Shown here piece by piece: positions 16,855 through 28,616 of a DNA stretch of 64,000 nucleotides. The first letter of the stretch is position 1. Each line of letters starts with the position of its first letter. The translations under genes and the position numbers were made by a program. The DNA comes from a virus: IMG/VR virus record IMGVR_UViG_3300045988_112819; one strand, given 5' to 3'. The notes beneath the pieces are model-generated. The model did not search any database and was not told the origin of the DNA. It worked only from the letters and a program-made list of their open reading frames with translations.

Positions 16855-17303
16855 ACTCTTTTGACTCCCTTTTTTTTTGTGGTGTGGTTCTCTTTTGTTC
16901 TGTCTGTATTGTATCAAACCTTTAGCAGTTTGTCAATACCTTTTTTGAAATTTTTTTAATTTTCAAAGTGCCGTGCTTTTGTCTCTGTCCTACTGGACAA
17001 GTCCAGTTTACCACCAAAATGCTCACTTGTCAATAGTTTTTTTGAAATTTCTTTCTCTCTCTTTTGCACAAAATAAATAACATCTTGTTGTGCAGTTTGC
17101 ACAAATCCTTTACGCGCGCGTATTCCTTTAGGGGGCGTGCTTTCTTGCTTTCGTACTTTAACGAGTGAAAGAGGCCAACTACACTTCAATACTTTACCAT
17201 GTGAAAGAGGGGCGTGTATTTTGGGAAAAACTGGAAATTTTTTTGTAAAATCGTTCTGCCACGCCATTTCAAAATCTAAATCGACTTTTCAATCTCAATA
17301 ACG

Positions 17304-17336
17304 AAAAAGAGAGAAGAACTCACTTCTTCTCTCCGC
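17304..17336. terminator. intrinsic terminator (agagagaagaa ... ttcttctctc)
   Basis: seen directly. Confidence 0.6.
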
Positions 17337-17463
17337 ATTTACACTTCTTTTTTAAATTATATATAATATGATCTTCTACTTTGTAAATTGGATATAATTC
17401 TCCACAGACTGCGCATATATTATAATAATGCTTGCCGTCAAACCATACTAATACTTTATCCAT
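17320..17463 (-). CDS. small Cys-rich zinc-ribbon-like protein (47 aa)
   Basis: CxxC and CxC pairs; overlaps the upstream gene end. Confidence 0.35.
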   Translation of the reverse strand: MDKVLVWFDGKHYYNICAVCGELYPIYKVEDHIIYNLKKKCKCGEKK

Positions 17464-17698
17464 CGTCGGTTGCCTCAAAACTAAAAATCAAATTATATCC
17501 ATCCTCAGTTTCTATCGTTTCATATCCTTTTAAGATATATCCATCCTCTAGTTTAATATTAATCGCATCAGATCTCCACATTGTAGGAATATACTCTAGC
17601 CTTGGATAACGATTGTTCTCCTCCACGCAAGCAGTCAACAATAGTAAAATCAAAACTATATTAATTATAAAGCTGATACTTCTTCCCAATTTTGTCAA
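17456..17698 (-). CDS. lipoprotein (signal peptide MTKLGRSISFIINIVLILLLLTAC with LTAC lipobox) from a TTG start
   Basis: GGAGG RBS 8 nt before TTG; ORF track begins at an upstream ATG (17728) overlapping pth2. Confidence 0.5.
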   Translation of the reverse strand: MTKLGRSISFIINIVLILLLLTACVEENNRYPRLEYIPTMWRSDAINIKLEDGYILKGYETIETEDGYNLIFSFEATDDG

Positions 17699-18098
17699 TT
17701 TCTTCCGCCTCCATTGGCCTAAATCCAATACACGTCAAAGTCCCTTCCGGGCCTTCGCGTTCTAATTCTGTTCTACAAGCATCATAGATAAGCCAATAAT
17801 CCTTATTCTCTTCCCATCCTAATTCTTCTGCTATCTTAACAGCCTTTAACAAATCATTCTTATTCTTCGCTCTACAAACTACTTTGGTCTCCGCTTCCGC
17901 TATCCAATTATGGAATAAGTCTCTATCGAGGCTTATTCCTATATGATATATAAGACCGTCTCTTTCTTTAACAACTTCTTTACTTCCCCAATATAACTTT
18001 TCCAAAAGAAAAGCAATAGAAGCATGGGAAACTTGTGCGGCAAGTTTCCCTGGAGACATATTTAAGTCTCGCCTCGCAATAATTAATTGCTTGAACAT
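17661..18098 (-). CDS. peptidyl-tRNA hydrolase, PTH2 family (145 aa)
   Basis: MSPGKLAAQVSHAS and C-terminal TLTCIGFRP match Pth2. Confidence 0.65.
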   Translation of the reverse strand: MFKQLIIARRDLNMSPGKLAAQVSHASIAFLLEKLYWGSKEVVKERDGLIYHIGISLDRDLFHNWIAEAETKVVCRAKNKNDLLKAVKIAEELGWEENKDYWLIYDACRTELEREGPEGTLTCIGFRPMEAEEIDKIGKKYQLYN

Positions 18099-18850
18099 TT
18101 TTCCAAAACCTCCAAGAAAATTCTAAAATTGCGGGAATTGCGGTTTGGAATCGCAAAATAGATATTTGGAATATTATAATTGCGGGCTGCGTTTACGAGC
18201 AAGATGGCGACCGTTGATGGATCTTGCATAAAAACACCACAGCCCCAGGCTCCCGCGATTAAATTTTCCACTCCCTTAGCCTCGGCAATTCGATACATAA
18301 AATTAATTCTCTCTTCCATTATCCTATTGTTTAGAGAAAGAGGAACTTGCTGATAAGTATGTGCTGTTCTATAATTAGGAGAAGCACAAGTAATTACATC
18401 AGCTAATTTTATACTATCGTCTTTTTCAAAGACTACATCAGGAGTATAGATAGCTCTATCAAGATATAGGGCTCGATTCAGTCTCTGTCTATTCCATGCG
18501 TAATAAGTATCATCAAAAGCAAGAAGAATAGGGTAAAGGTTGCTTTCGTGACACAATGCCTCTTCTTGTGCGGAGCTACCTCCAAGGAAATAACCACCTG
18601 GATGTTTATAGCTTGCATAATTTAAGATCGCAGTCTTGCTCCAATCGGTTAAACCGAATAGACAGGATACGCTATCTTGGTCTTTAAGATAAAAGGTATT
18701 ATGGTGGGTTTCTCGCGGTTTTTGCGGAAAAGGAAGATTGGGGCCAAAAATTTCAGAGTTTATAATTGCGCGATCTGTATCTTCCTTGAGTCTCACTTTA
18801 ATGTCTGCGTAATGCGATTGCGCGTGTTGTTTGAGCTCTTCTCGTTTCAT
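18083..18850 (-). CDS. PARG-like macrodomain protein (DUF2263 / TIGR02452), 255 aa
   Basis: HPGGYFLGGSSAQEE (GGG-x6-8-QEE signature) and GAWGCGVFMQDP; AAAGGAAAC RBS at MKREEL. Confidence 0.65.
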   Translation of the reverse strand: MKREELKQHAQSHYADIKVRLKEDTDRAIINSEIFGPNLPFPQKPRETHHNTFYLKDQDSVSCLFGLTDWSKTAILNYASYKHPGGYFLGGSSAQEEALCHESNLYPILLAFDDTYYAWNRQRLNRALYLDRAIYTPDVVFEKDDSIKLADVITCASPNYRTAHTYQQVPLSLNNRIMEERINFMYRIAEAKGVENLIAGAWGCGVFMQDPSTVAILLVNAARNYNIPNIYFAIPNRNSRNFRIFLEVLEKCSSN

Positions 18851-18893
18851 TGCAGTTTCCTTTCTTCCGTGCGGTTGGGCAGAAGTGGATAAT

Positions 18894-19082
18894 TTAATTA
18901 TCCCAATCTTCAAATAAAGTGTGTAAACTATTTGTTTCCGCCGCCAATCTCTTTAAATATTCTTTAAGAATTTTATTTTCTTTAACTTTAATTGCATAAT
19001 CGCAAGTATTGTCGCAGTCTGGTGTGTACTACCGACCGAATCTATTATAACAATAATCAATACAAGGACACATTTTACTCAT
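18894..19082 (-). CDS. Cys-rich small protein (62 aa), 1 in-frame TAG
   Basis: ATG overlaps the upstream gene end. Confidence 0.35.
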
Positions 19083-19428
19083 ATTTACACCCATTCATTC
19101 TACAGTCTATTGTGCATTGCCCTGACGCTCCTTCACAAGGAATAGCATCAGGATAGTATTCAAAATAAGACGAGGTTAATAGAACTTCATATCCAAGTTC
19201 CCGCAGTATTCTTTCTGCGACATATCTATCTCTTAATTTAATCCATTCTTCTCTATTTACTTTTGTTTCTTCATATATTTTTCGAGATTCTTCCATATCT
19301 ATTGTTATGATACCATCGGTGTTAGTTTTAAATACTGAAGGACTTTGTGTATGATAAAATTTTCGAAAGGGATTGTTAATATGAAGAACTTCTTCAGCAT
19401 ATTTGTCAAAATCTCCCGAAAATTTCAT
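19075..19428 (-). CDS. hypothetical protein (117 aa), start overlapping the folD stop (TAATG)
   Basis: ORF track frame; coupled start. Confidence 0.5.
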   Translation of the reverse strand: MKFSGDFDKYAEEVLHINNPFRKFYHTQSPSVFKTNTDGIITIDMEESRKIYEETKVNREEWIKLRDRYVAERILRELGYEVLLTSSYFEYYPDAIPCEGASGQCTIDCRMNGCKYE

Positions 19429-20213
19429 TATCTTTGCGCCTGTTTCGCTAACTATAAACAATTTTTCATCAACCCCAATCTTGTTAATAGACCTACTCCT
19501 CCGAGGACAGGAGTTGACCATACATTATTTCTTTTTGCGATTTCATCAATTTCTACAAAATCACCAAGAATAATTCCTGCTTCATTTCTGCGAATACCAA
19601 CATCTATAACAATAGCGTTAGGACAGGCTTCTCTTGTTAAGCTAAATTTTCCTACCGCAGAGACAATTAAATCTGCTTGCCTTGTTAAATAGAGTTTTGT
19701 ATTTATATCTGTTTTGCTATGACATACTGATACGGTCATATTTCTATCCAGTAGAGCTTTAGCCATTGGCTTTCCTACAATATCGCTTCTTCCCAAAACA
19801 ACAGCAGATTTACCTTCGTAGTTAAAACCACATTCATCCAAATAGTCTATAATTCCTCTTACTGTTGCTGGAGTAATATTGCTCATAGGATTTAAACCAT
19901 CCGCATCTTTAGAGATAGGTATTTGACTATAATTGAAATCAATTCCATTTGCTACTGGCATTTGAACTATTACCGCATCCCAGTCTTTTGCATGGCCTAA
20001 GAGTAATCTTAACTCTACTGAACTATTCGCTCTAAACACTTCTGCTTCCCAACCAAGAGCATTAAAGTCTTTTATTTTATTACGAATATAAATTTGATTC
20101 GCGAGATCCTAGGCTGTTGCGTCGATAATCATGAGTGATGGAACATTACCACTAATCTCCCGCAATTTGTTTACCTATTGTTGAAAATATTCTTTTATAT
20201 TAATCTATTGCAT
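19428..20213 (-). CDS. folD: methylenetetrahydrofolate dehydrogenase/cyclohydrolase FolD (261 aa), 4 in-frame TAG as sense
   Basis: VIVQMPV...KDADGLNP, GKSAVVLGRSDIVGKPMA, VIDVGI, TPVLGGVGLLT match FolD; GGAGG RBS; ORF-track fragment ends at a TAG. Confidence 0.75.
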
Positions 20214-20532
20214 CTGGATCAAGCCTCCAAGGGTCACTAGTATCGTAATCAATCATTTCATAGAAAGATATTTCATTTTCATTAACTTCTAATACCTAGT
20301 GAGGAATACACTATACTTCATAGTCAAAATCTTTATTAATATGGTAAGAAGTATATATATGAATAGCAATAGGTCTAGGATCATTAACTCCCTAAATATC
20401 CCATAAACTTATTGCTTTATTTTGGAAGATTTCCTAAGCATACTATGGAGATATAGCAATACTGATTATTAAGATATTAAAATAATACTATGCTTTTTCC
20501 GGTAAATCTAAATATGGTTCGTCAAAGAACAT
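20200..20532 (-). CDS. hypothetical protein (110 aa) with 7 in-frame TAG, translationally coupled to folD (its 3' end contains the folD RBS and ATG)
   Basis: open only with TAG as sense; AGGAG RBS; TGcTATAAT extended -10 upstream. Confidence 0.4.
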
Positions 20533-20603
20533 TGGCAAACAAATCTCCTATCTTATTTTTATAATTATATTATAGCATTTTTAAATAAATTAATCAAATA
20601 AGA

Positions 20604-20632
20604 TTTGACAATCTAGTTTTTTTTTGTTATTA
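20604..20632 (+). promoter_or_regulatory. promoter TTGACA-17-TATTAT for the plus-strand late operon
   Basis: consensus; divergent from the minus-strand promoter. Confidence 0.6.
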
Positions 20633-20657
20633 TATGAGTATAAAAGGAGATGACAGT

Positions 20658-21704
20658 ATGATAAAATTAGATTATACTATTGAGTCTCCAGAAGAACGGA
20701 AGGCACTTGTCGAAAAAATAATCGCAGAAAATCCGAACCTTAGTTCGAGTTATTTAGAAATATTAGCAGATTATTTAGTTCTATGTATGGAAAAGCAAGA
20801 GAAAAAAGAAAAGAATATATTAACAGATAATAGAATGGCTACTGTTAATAAAAGAGAATGTTCTTTCGAAGGGCTTGCGTCATAGATGGAAAATGGCGAG
20901 GATGGCATTTATGGTTTAATGTCAGAAAATAAAAATGTTATATTTTAGCCAAAGATTTCTATTACACAGAAAGATTTAGATACTATACCATGTTTAAAAT
21001 AGTTGAGAGAAACCATTAATGTCTGGGAGGGCGCTTTAAAACGCGCTGCTGGGACAAAATAGGCATATATGATGAAAAAAGCATTAATAGAGATGCGAAA
21101 AGATTAGTATATCATTAAGCAAGCATATTAGAAACCTATTATACCATGTAAATTAACGAGATCCGTAAGAACTCATATTCCTCTTGATGATTAGAGTTAT
21201 CTTAATGGACAGGAGGTAGTAGTAAAGGGTATTTCGCTAATGGACGCCAATGTTGTTTCTGCTATTTTATGCAATTATTCAAAATTAAAAGAGGATAGTT
21301 ATGATTAGTTTGAGGGAGATACATGGTATTTAATTCAATCATTTGAAGAAATATGTGATAAAGCTCTCAAAGACTTTCCAATCTATTTACGAATTGTTGA
21401 ACTCAAAATTGATAAAAAGTAGAATAACGAAATATAGGAAATATTAAAAAATGAGTTTGGTAAAACATATAGTGTTGAATATATTTCTAGCCTATGGAGA
21501 AATAAGATTCCTAAACTCATTGCGGAAGAGGCTTTAGAAGATTTTTTACGTTGGTAGTATAAACAAAAAGGATACCCAATGAAAAAATGTTCTAAGTGTG
21601 GGCAATTAAAGCCAGCCCATAATCAATTCTTTTCAAAGAATAAGACAAGCAAAGATAACTTATATAGTATCTGTAAGCGCTGTCGCAATAAGAAAAGAGG
21701 TTGA
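20658..21704 (+). CDS. hypothetical protein with C-terminal CxxC zinc ribbon (348 aa), about 11 in-frame TAG; first late gene
   Basis: AAAGGAG RBS; TGA stop. Confidence 0.6.
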
Positions 21705-21710
21705 TTATAA

Positions 21711-22880
21711 ATGAGCCATTATTGTAAAAAATGTGGTAAAACTATGGATGATACATAGTTTTATACATCAAAAAATTTAGAGAAGTATCCTCCAGATGGA
21801 AAGATGGATATTTGTAAAAAGTGTCTTACTATGCACGTAGATAACTGGAATCCAGAAACTTATAAATGGATTTTATAGGAGATTGACGTTCCATATATTA
21901 AAGAAGAATGGAATGGTTTATTGGAGAAATATGGAAAAGATCCAAAGAAAGTTACTGGATTAACTATTATTGGACGCTATTTATCTAAAATGAAATTAAA
22001 GCAATGGAATAAATACACTTGGGCAGATACAGAAACGCTAGAGAAAGATTCCATTGATAAAAAAGTTCTTAATATGAAAGCTCAAGGATTTACAGAAGAT
22101 GAAATCCAAGAGCAGTTGTCTATTGATAGAACTCCTCCAAAACCAAAAGAATTAGAGGATGTTTAGGCCCCTGTAGGAACTCCAGAATATGAAGATCCAG
22201 AGGAAGATGATGATTTTGGTGATTAGCTAACCGAAGAAGATAAATTAGTATTACGTCTTAAATGGGGCCGCGGATATTCTTGGGAAGAAAGAGTAAGAAT
22301 GGAGCAGCTTTACAATGATATGATGAGTTCTTATGATATTCAAGGAGCAGGCCATAAAGATACTCTTATTATGGTATGTAAAGCTAGTTTAAAAGCAAAT
22401 TAGTTAATTGATGCTGGAGATATTGATGGCTTTTAGAAGATGCAAAAAGCCTATGATAGTTTAATGAAAAGCGGCAAATTTACGGCTGCTTAGAACAAAG
22501 GCGAATCCGGTGAATTTGTAGATTCAATAGGTGAATTAGTAGCCCTTTGCGAAAGAGAGGGTTTTATTCCTAGATATTATACGGAAGGACCCCAAGATAA
22601 AGTAGATAGAACTCTTTAGGATTTACAGCAATATACTCATACTCTAGTTACAGAGGAAATGAATCTTGGTAATATGATCGAAGCTTCGTTAAGAGAAATA
22701 GTTAAAGACAGAGAACGCGAGGCAAATATTGATGTTGAAGATAGCGATGAGGATGAAGATTTATTTAATTACGAGCATCCAGAATTAACAGAAGAAGATT
22801 ATCAAGAGTATGAAGATATGAAAGAGTCGGAAAGAGACAAAGATGAGGAAATGTTAAATAATATATTAAAGGAGGTTTAA
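21711..22880 (+). CDS. hypothetical protein with N-terminal zinc ribbon (389 aa), about 9 TAG; small-terminase candidate by position only
   Basis: AAAGAGG RBS; directly upstream of terL. Confidence 0.5.
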
Positions 22881-22883
22881 TAT

Positions 22884-24629
22884 ATGGCATTAAAAGATTT
22901 ATTAAACCTTTCAAATAATAATAAGAAAATTGGTCTTTCCGAAGAAAGAGTTCGTGCGATAATTCCAGCAGCAAGATAGTATATAGCTTTTTGGAGAGAA
23001 TATCCAGATATGTTTATTGACTTTTTGTAGACCGGAGGAGACGAGACAAGAAAAAAAGAAATTAATTTTTATTTTTATTAGAGAGTTTTCTTGCGGGCGG
23101 CCATGAGATATAAGTATGTATACATGGTATTTCCCCGTGCCTATTCTAAGTCATTCTTATCAGTAATGGTGCTTATGTGTAGATGTATATTATATCCTGG
23201 ATGTAAGCTATTCATTACTTCTGGTGGAAAAGAACAGGCAGCAGGTATAGCAAAAGAAAAAGTCTAGGAAATTTGTAATGCGATTCCCGCGCTTTAGAGA
23301 GAGATTGATTGGCGAAGAGGTAAGACTTAGGAAGGAAAAGATTATTGTAAGTATATCTTCAAAAATGGATCTTATTTTGACAACGTTGCTGCTAGAGAAT
23401 CTTCTCGTGGTAAGCGTAGACATGGAGGATTAATTGAGGAGTGCGTTGGTGTAGATGGAGATATTTTAAATGAAGTTTTAATCCCTCTAATGAACGTTGA
23501 TAGAAGATGTTTAGATGGATCTGTTCATGAAGAAGAAACACTCAATAAATCCTAGATTTATGTTACTACTGCGGGGTGGAAAAACACATTCCCATATAAT
23601 AAGTTGATTACTTTGCTAGTGCGCATGATACTAGAACCCGAAAAGAGTATTGTAATGGGCGGAACATGGAGAATTCCTGTGCTAGTGGGATTACAATCCC
23701 GCAACTTTGTATAGGAGTTAAAACAAGATGGTACATTTAATGAAGCATCATTTGATAGAGAGTATGAATCTAAATGGAGTGGCACCGTAGAAGATGCCTT
23801 CTTTAATGGTGATGCTTTTGATAGAAGTAGAAAATTGCTTTAGCCTGAATATGAATCTTCCGGGCGCTCTTCTGCTCAAGCATATTATGTTCTTTCTGTT
23901 GATGTAGGAAGAAAGAAATGTCAATCTGTTGTATGTGTATTTAAAGTAACCCCTCAGTCTCAAGGACCAGCGATTAAGTCTCTTGTTAATATATATACTA
24001 TGGATGATGAACATTTTGAAGATTAGGCAATTAAGCTAAAAAGATTATATTATGATTATAAAGCTAAAATTATTGTTATTGACGGTAATGGACTTGGTGC
24101 TGGATTGATGGATTATATGGTTAAACCACAAATAGTGCCAGATACCAATGAAGTTTTTCCTGATTTTGGTGTAGCTAATGATGAGGATGGAGAATACAAA
24201 CGATTTAGAACAGATAATACAGAATATGATGCTATTTATGAAATTAAGGCAAATGCGCCAATTAATACCGAAGCCCATAGCAATGTTTAGACATAGTTGC
24301 GGGCTGGAAAGTTAAGATTTTTAATCGACGAAAAAGTTGCTAGAAATAAATTACTTGGTACCAAGAAAGGTCAAGCCATGAAACCAGAAGAGCGGGCAGA
24401 ATATTTAAAACCATTCACTTTAACTTCTATATTAAGAGAAGAAATGCTAAATTTGCGAGAAGAAAATGAGGGTGTAAATATTATTTTAAAACAGGCAAAT
24501 AAGTCTGTGCCCAAAGATAAATTCTCTGCGCTTGAATATGGATTATATTATATTAAATAGGAAGAAGATAGTAAACGCAAGCGTAAAAGTAGAAGATTTT
24601 CAGATTTTATGTTTATGAGTGAGGTGTAA
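22884..24629 (+). CDS. terL: terminase large subunit (581 aa), 13 in-frame TAG
   Basis: ATPase-like segment MVFPRAYSKS and nuclease aspartates IVIDGNGLG; continuous frame joins the ORF-track pieces 24105 and 24297. Confidence 0.75.
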
Positions 24630-24632
24630 GAT

Positions 24633-24989
24633 ATGAAGGCCAGTCGTGGAGAAATTAAAATTCATGAGATATTAGAGCAAAATGGCATGAACTTTAAAGA
24701 AGAGTATGAGTTTCCTGGGCTGAAAGCACCAAGTGGCAGGCCACTTCGTTTTGATTTTGCTGTTTTTGATGATGATGGAAATCTTGATTTTTTAATTGAG
24801 TATCAGGGTAAATAGCATTATTAGGCTGTTAGTAAATTTGGTGGAAATAGAGGATTATACCAATAGAAATATAATGATAATCAAAAGCGTAGATTTTGTG
24901 CATTAAAAGGTATTACCCTCATTGAAGTTCCCTATACGGAGGAAAATATCATCTCTTATGATTATTTAATGAGTAAAGCTGGATATTAA
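24633..24989 (+). CDS. PD-(D/E)xK-type nuclease-like small protein (118 aa), 3 TAG; possible homing endonuclease between terL and portal
   Basis: FDFAVFDDDGNLDFLIEYQGKQHY (D...EYQGK). Confidence 0.4.
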
Positions 24990-25006
24990 CACCTGGAGGT
25001 GATATT

Positions 25007-26632
25007 TTGTTAAAACGTCGATAGGAAGAAATAAGAGCTAAAGGTTTTGATCTACTAGATCGAGGTATTATTACTCGTTATCAATAGGAAGAAGATTTTT
25101 TGAACTATGATACTGTTGATTATGCAAAAATGCGAGTTGGATTACGGTCTGTGGATGATGCGCTTATTAATCTAGGCACATATAAAAAGATAAATAGAAA
25201 TTATGGAGATAAAAAGTTTGTATTAAATGCTATTTATAAGCATGATTACAAGACTTTAAGAGAGATTTCTAATTACTTTTATGAAAGTAGCGGTATTTAT
25301 TATAGATTATGTAAATATTTAGCCTTCTTATATAGATTTGATTGGTATATTACTCCATACACAGTAGATGCGTAGAAAGATAAAGATAAGCTATTGAAAG
25401 ATTTTTCAAAGGTCTTGCTTTACCTTGATAAATCTAGTGTGAAGAGAATGCTTGGAAATATATCATTAGATATTATTAAAGAAGGAGCTTATTATGGTGT
25501 AATTGTTGATTTTGGAGATAGATTTGCAATTTAGAAATTACCAGCTTCATATTGCAGAAGTAGATATTTCTAGGGCCCTAATCCAATAGTAGAATTAAAT
25601 CTTTAGTTTTTTGACACTTATTTTGCCAATCCGCAATATAAAATCTAGATATTAAAGATTTTTCCACAGGATATTCAAAAGGCATATATTCTTTATAAAC
25701 AGGGAAAATTAAAAGGGGATTATCCAGGTGATACTACTGTATGGTATCCACTAGATCCTAGTATTTCTGTAAAGTTTAGTCTAAATGATAATGAATTTCC
25801 TTTTCTAGCTGGGGTTATTCCTTCTATTATTGATTTGGATCAAGCACAAGAATTAGATCGTCAAAAGACAATGCAACAATTATTAAAAATTATTATTTAG
25901 AAGTTGCCTCTTGATAAAAATGGAGATTTGATTTTTGATGTTGATGAAGCAAGGGATATTCATAATAATGCTGTAACTATGTTAAAACGAGCTATTGGTG
26001 TAGATGTATTAACAACTTTTGCAGATATTGAAAAAATTGATACAAAAGATAATAATTCTAATACAACAACAGACGATTTGGAAAAAGTTGAACGTACAGT
26101 TTATAATAACTCAGGTGTAACTCATAATTTGTTTAATGCAGATGGCAATATTGCAGTTACAAATTCTATTTTGACAGATGAATCTAGCGTAAGAGATATT
26201 CCTCTCATGTTTACAGATTTATTAAATCGAGTAGTAGAGAAATTTAATCGCAAAAATCATTATGAGTTTAGAGCGGAAATGTTAGAAACTACCTAGTTTA
26301 ATTATAAAGAGTTATCTAAATTATATAAAGAACACGCTCAACTGGGTTATTCTAAGATGTTGCCACAGATTGCTTTAGGTCACTCTCAATCGAGTATATT
26401 AGCTACATTAACATTTGAGAACGAAGTATTGAATTTGGCAGAAATTATGATTCCACCTATGAGTTCTAATACCAGAAGCGGAAAAGATTTGGGTAATAAT
26501 AATTAGTCATCTAAAACTAATTCTTAGAATAAGTAGACAAGTTCAACTAATACTAATGGAGCCGGCAGGCCCAAAAAAGAAGATGGCGAAAAGTCAGATA
26601 AGACAATAGCTAATCAAGAAAGTTCGTCATAA
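25007..26632 (+). CDS. portal protein (541 aa) from TTG, about 14 TAG
   Basis: GGAGGTG RBS 6 nt before TTG; size and position; continuous through 25100 and 25904. Confidence 0.65.
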
Positions 26633-26646
26633 AGGAGGGATTGAAC

Positions 26647-27894
26647 TTGCATATTAGTGTTCCCATTTTAAATACGATGGAATATATTTAGAACACTTAG
26701 ATTTCTCCTCTAGTTAGTAAAGGTGTCTGCAAAGTTTGCTACGTTGGGTAGCAACCTAACCGCAACCATACTGTAATTACCAAAGAAGTGGCCGCGGAAA
26801 TGGGACGTAAACTACCAGGAAGTCCTATTGTTGGATATTTTAATCATGAAATAAATGATTTTGAAGGCCACAATAGAGAAATTATTGTTCGAGATGGTAA
26901 GTTTGCTATTGTTGATACCACAAGACCATATGGATTTGTTCCTACAAATGCAAATGTATGGTTTTAGAAGTTCAATGATGAAGGCGTAGAAAGAGAATAT
27001 CTTGTGACAGATGTATACATTTGGACTAGCGTTTATCCAGAATCTAAAAGAATCCTGGAGAATGGCAATAACCATTCTATGGAATTGAATGAAGAAAATC
27101 AATCAGGATTTTGGACAAAAGATGATAAAACAAATGAAAGAATCTTTATCTACAATGAGGCATTGATTGAGAAATTATGTGTTCTCGGAGAAAATGTTGA
27201 GCCTTGTTTCGAGGGAGCTCAATTTAGTTCTCAATTTTCTTTAGAGAATAATCAAGAGTTTTAGAAACTTAAAACTATGATGTATTCTATGATGGATCAA
27301 TTAAAAGAAACTTTAAATAAAGGAGGCTCTCAAGAACCTATGGAGAAAGAGAATAAAGCACCTACCGATTTCAAGAAAAATACTCCTAATCCCGAAGAGG
27401 ATAAGAAGACTTCTGAAAATCCTGCTCCAACTTCCGAGAAAGAGAAGGAAAAGAACGCTCCTCAAGATAAGAAGTATAATCTTGAAGAAGTAACAGAATA
27501 TACAGAGTTACTTACAAAGTTTACCGATCTAGAGACTAAGTACTCTGCTCTTGAGCAAGAAAAAACTAATCTAGATAATGAAGTTGCAGCACTAAGAGAA
27601 TTTAAACTTAATGCTGAACGTCAAAGTAAACAACAAATGATTGATAGTTTCTATATGTTAAGTGATGAGGATAAGAAAGATGTCGCTGAGCATATTGATA
27701 CTTATTCTTTAGATGATATTGAAGCTAAATTATCTATTCTTTGTGTTAGAAATAAAGTAAATTTCAATCTTGAAGAAAAGCATAAAGAAGAAGATAATAC
27801 CCCAAAGGGACTTTTTAATTTAAATAATCCAGAAACTGACAACGTTCCTGATTGGGTAAAAGCAATTCGTGAAACTGCTAAAAGCAGTATTTAA
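26647..27894 (+). CDS. scaffold protein, possibly fused to a prohead protease (415 aa), TTG start, 5 TAG
   Basis: AGGAGGG RBS; C-terminal coiled coil TDLETKYSALEQEKTNLDNEVAALRE; sits between portal and capsid. Confidence 0.5.
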
Positions 27895-27907
27895 GGAGGA
27901 TTAAAGA

Positions 27908-28597
27908 ATGGCTAAGAGTTCTAAAAGATTAGGTAATGCCACTTTTGTCCAGTATGGATATGGTCAAGTGGAGCCAAACCATCTTTCCGCTCCAAGAAAT
28001 GGTCAAGTATATGCTCAGCTTCCCGCAGCTAGCACTATTGAGATTCTTGAGAACGGTCAATTTGTAAAGTATGATTATGCAAAAGGCGTATGCGATTTTA
28101 GTACGGAAGCTACTTCTGGCGCCTGGATGATGGTATTTAATGAAGTAAAGATTTATAGAGATCGCGAAACTGATGCTGATTTTGCTATGATTAAGGATAA
28201 TTATAATGCTCGTGTATATAGTCCAATTGGACAAACAGTTTCTACACTTGCTACAATAAGTGATTATACCGGAGAAGCTGTGCGCGAAGGTAGTGATGTA
28301 GCATATAAGAAAAATATGGAGACATTTACTTATCCTGCATTGATGCCAGAAGGAACTAAAATGGTACCTCGCGTAATTAAGATTAGTATTGGCGATATTT
28401 GGACTACTAATACCATTAAGGCTAATGCCGGAGAACTTGCAGTAGGCGATCGTCTAAAGATTGATACTGATGGATATTTAACTAAAGATACTGAAACTTC
28501 TGCTAAAGGTGGAGATTTAGATCCTATCTTTGCAGTAGTAAAAGTGTATACTATGCCAGATCTTCAACCTGGTGTAAAAGTACAGCGTGTAGGTTAA
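27908..28597 (+). CDS. capsid-associated structural protein (229 aa), TAG-free
   Basis: ORF track; AAGGAGG RBS. Confidence 0.5.
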   Translation: MAKSSKRLGNATFVQYGYGQVEPNHLSAPRNGQVYAQLPAASTIEILENGQFVKYDYAKGVCDFSTEATSGAWMMVFNEVKIYRDRETDADFAMIKDNYNARVYSPIGQTVSTLATISDYTGEAVREGSDVAYKKNMETFTYPALMPEGTKMVPRVIKISIGDIWTTNTIKANAGELAVGDRLKIDTDGYLTKDTETSAKGGDLDPIFAVVKVYTMPDLQPGVKVQRVG

Positions 28598-28616
28598 TTG
28601 GAAGGAGTGAAGAAGA

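Noticed and set aside
16956-17267. 103-aa minus ORF
   Set aside because: It lies across the promoter, repeat and operator region upstream of 16480..16854. The region holds direct repeats and a TTGCACAA inverted repeat and has no RBS.
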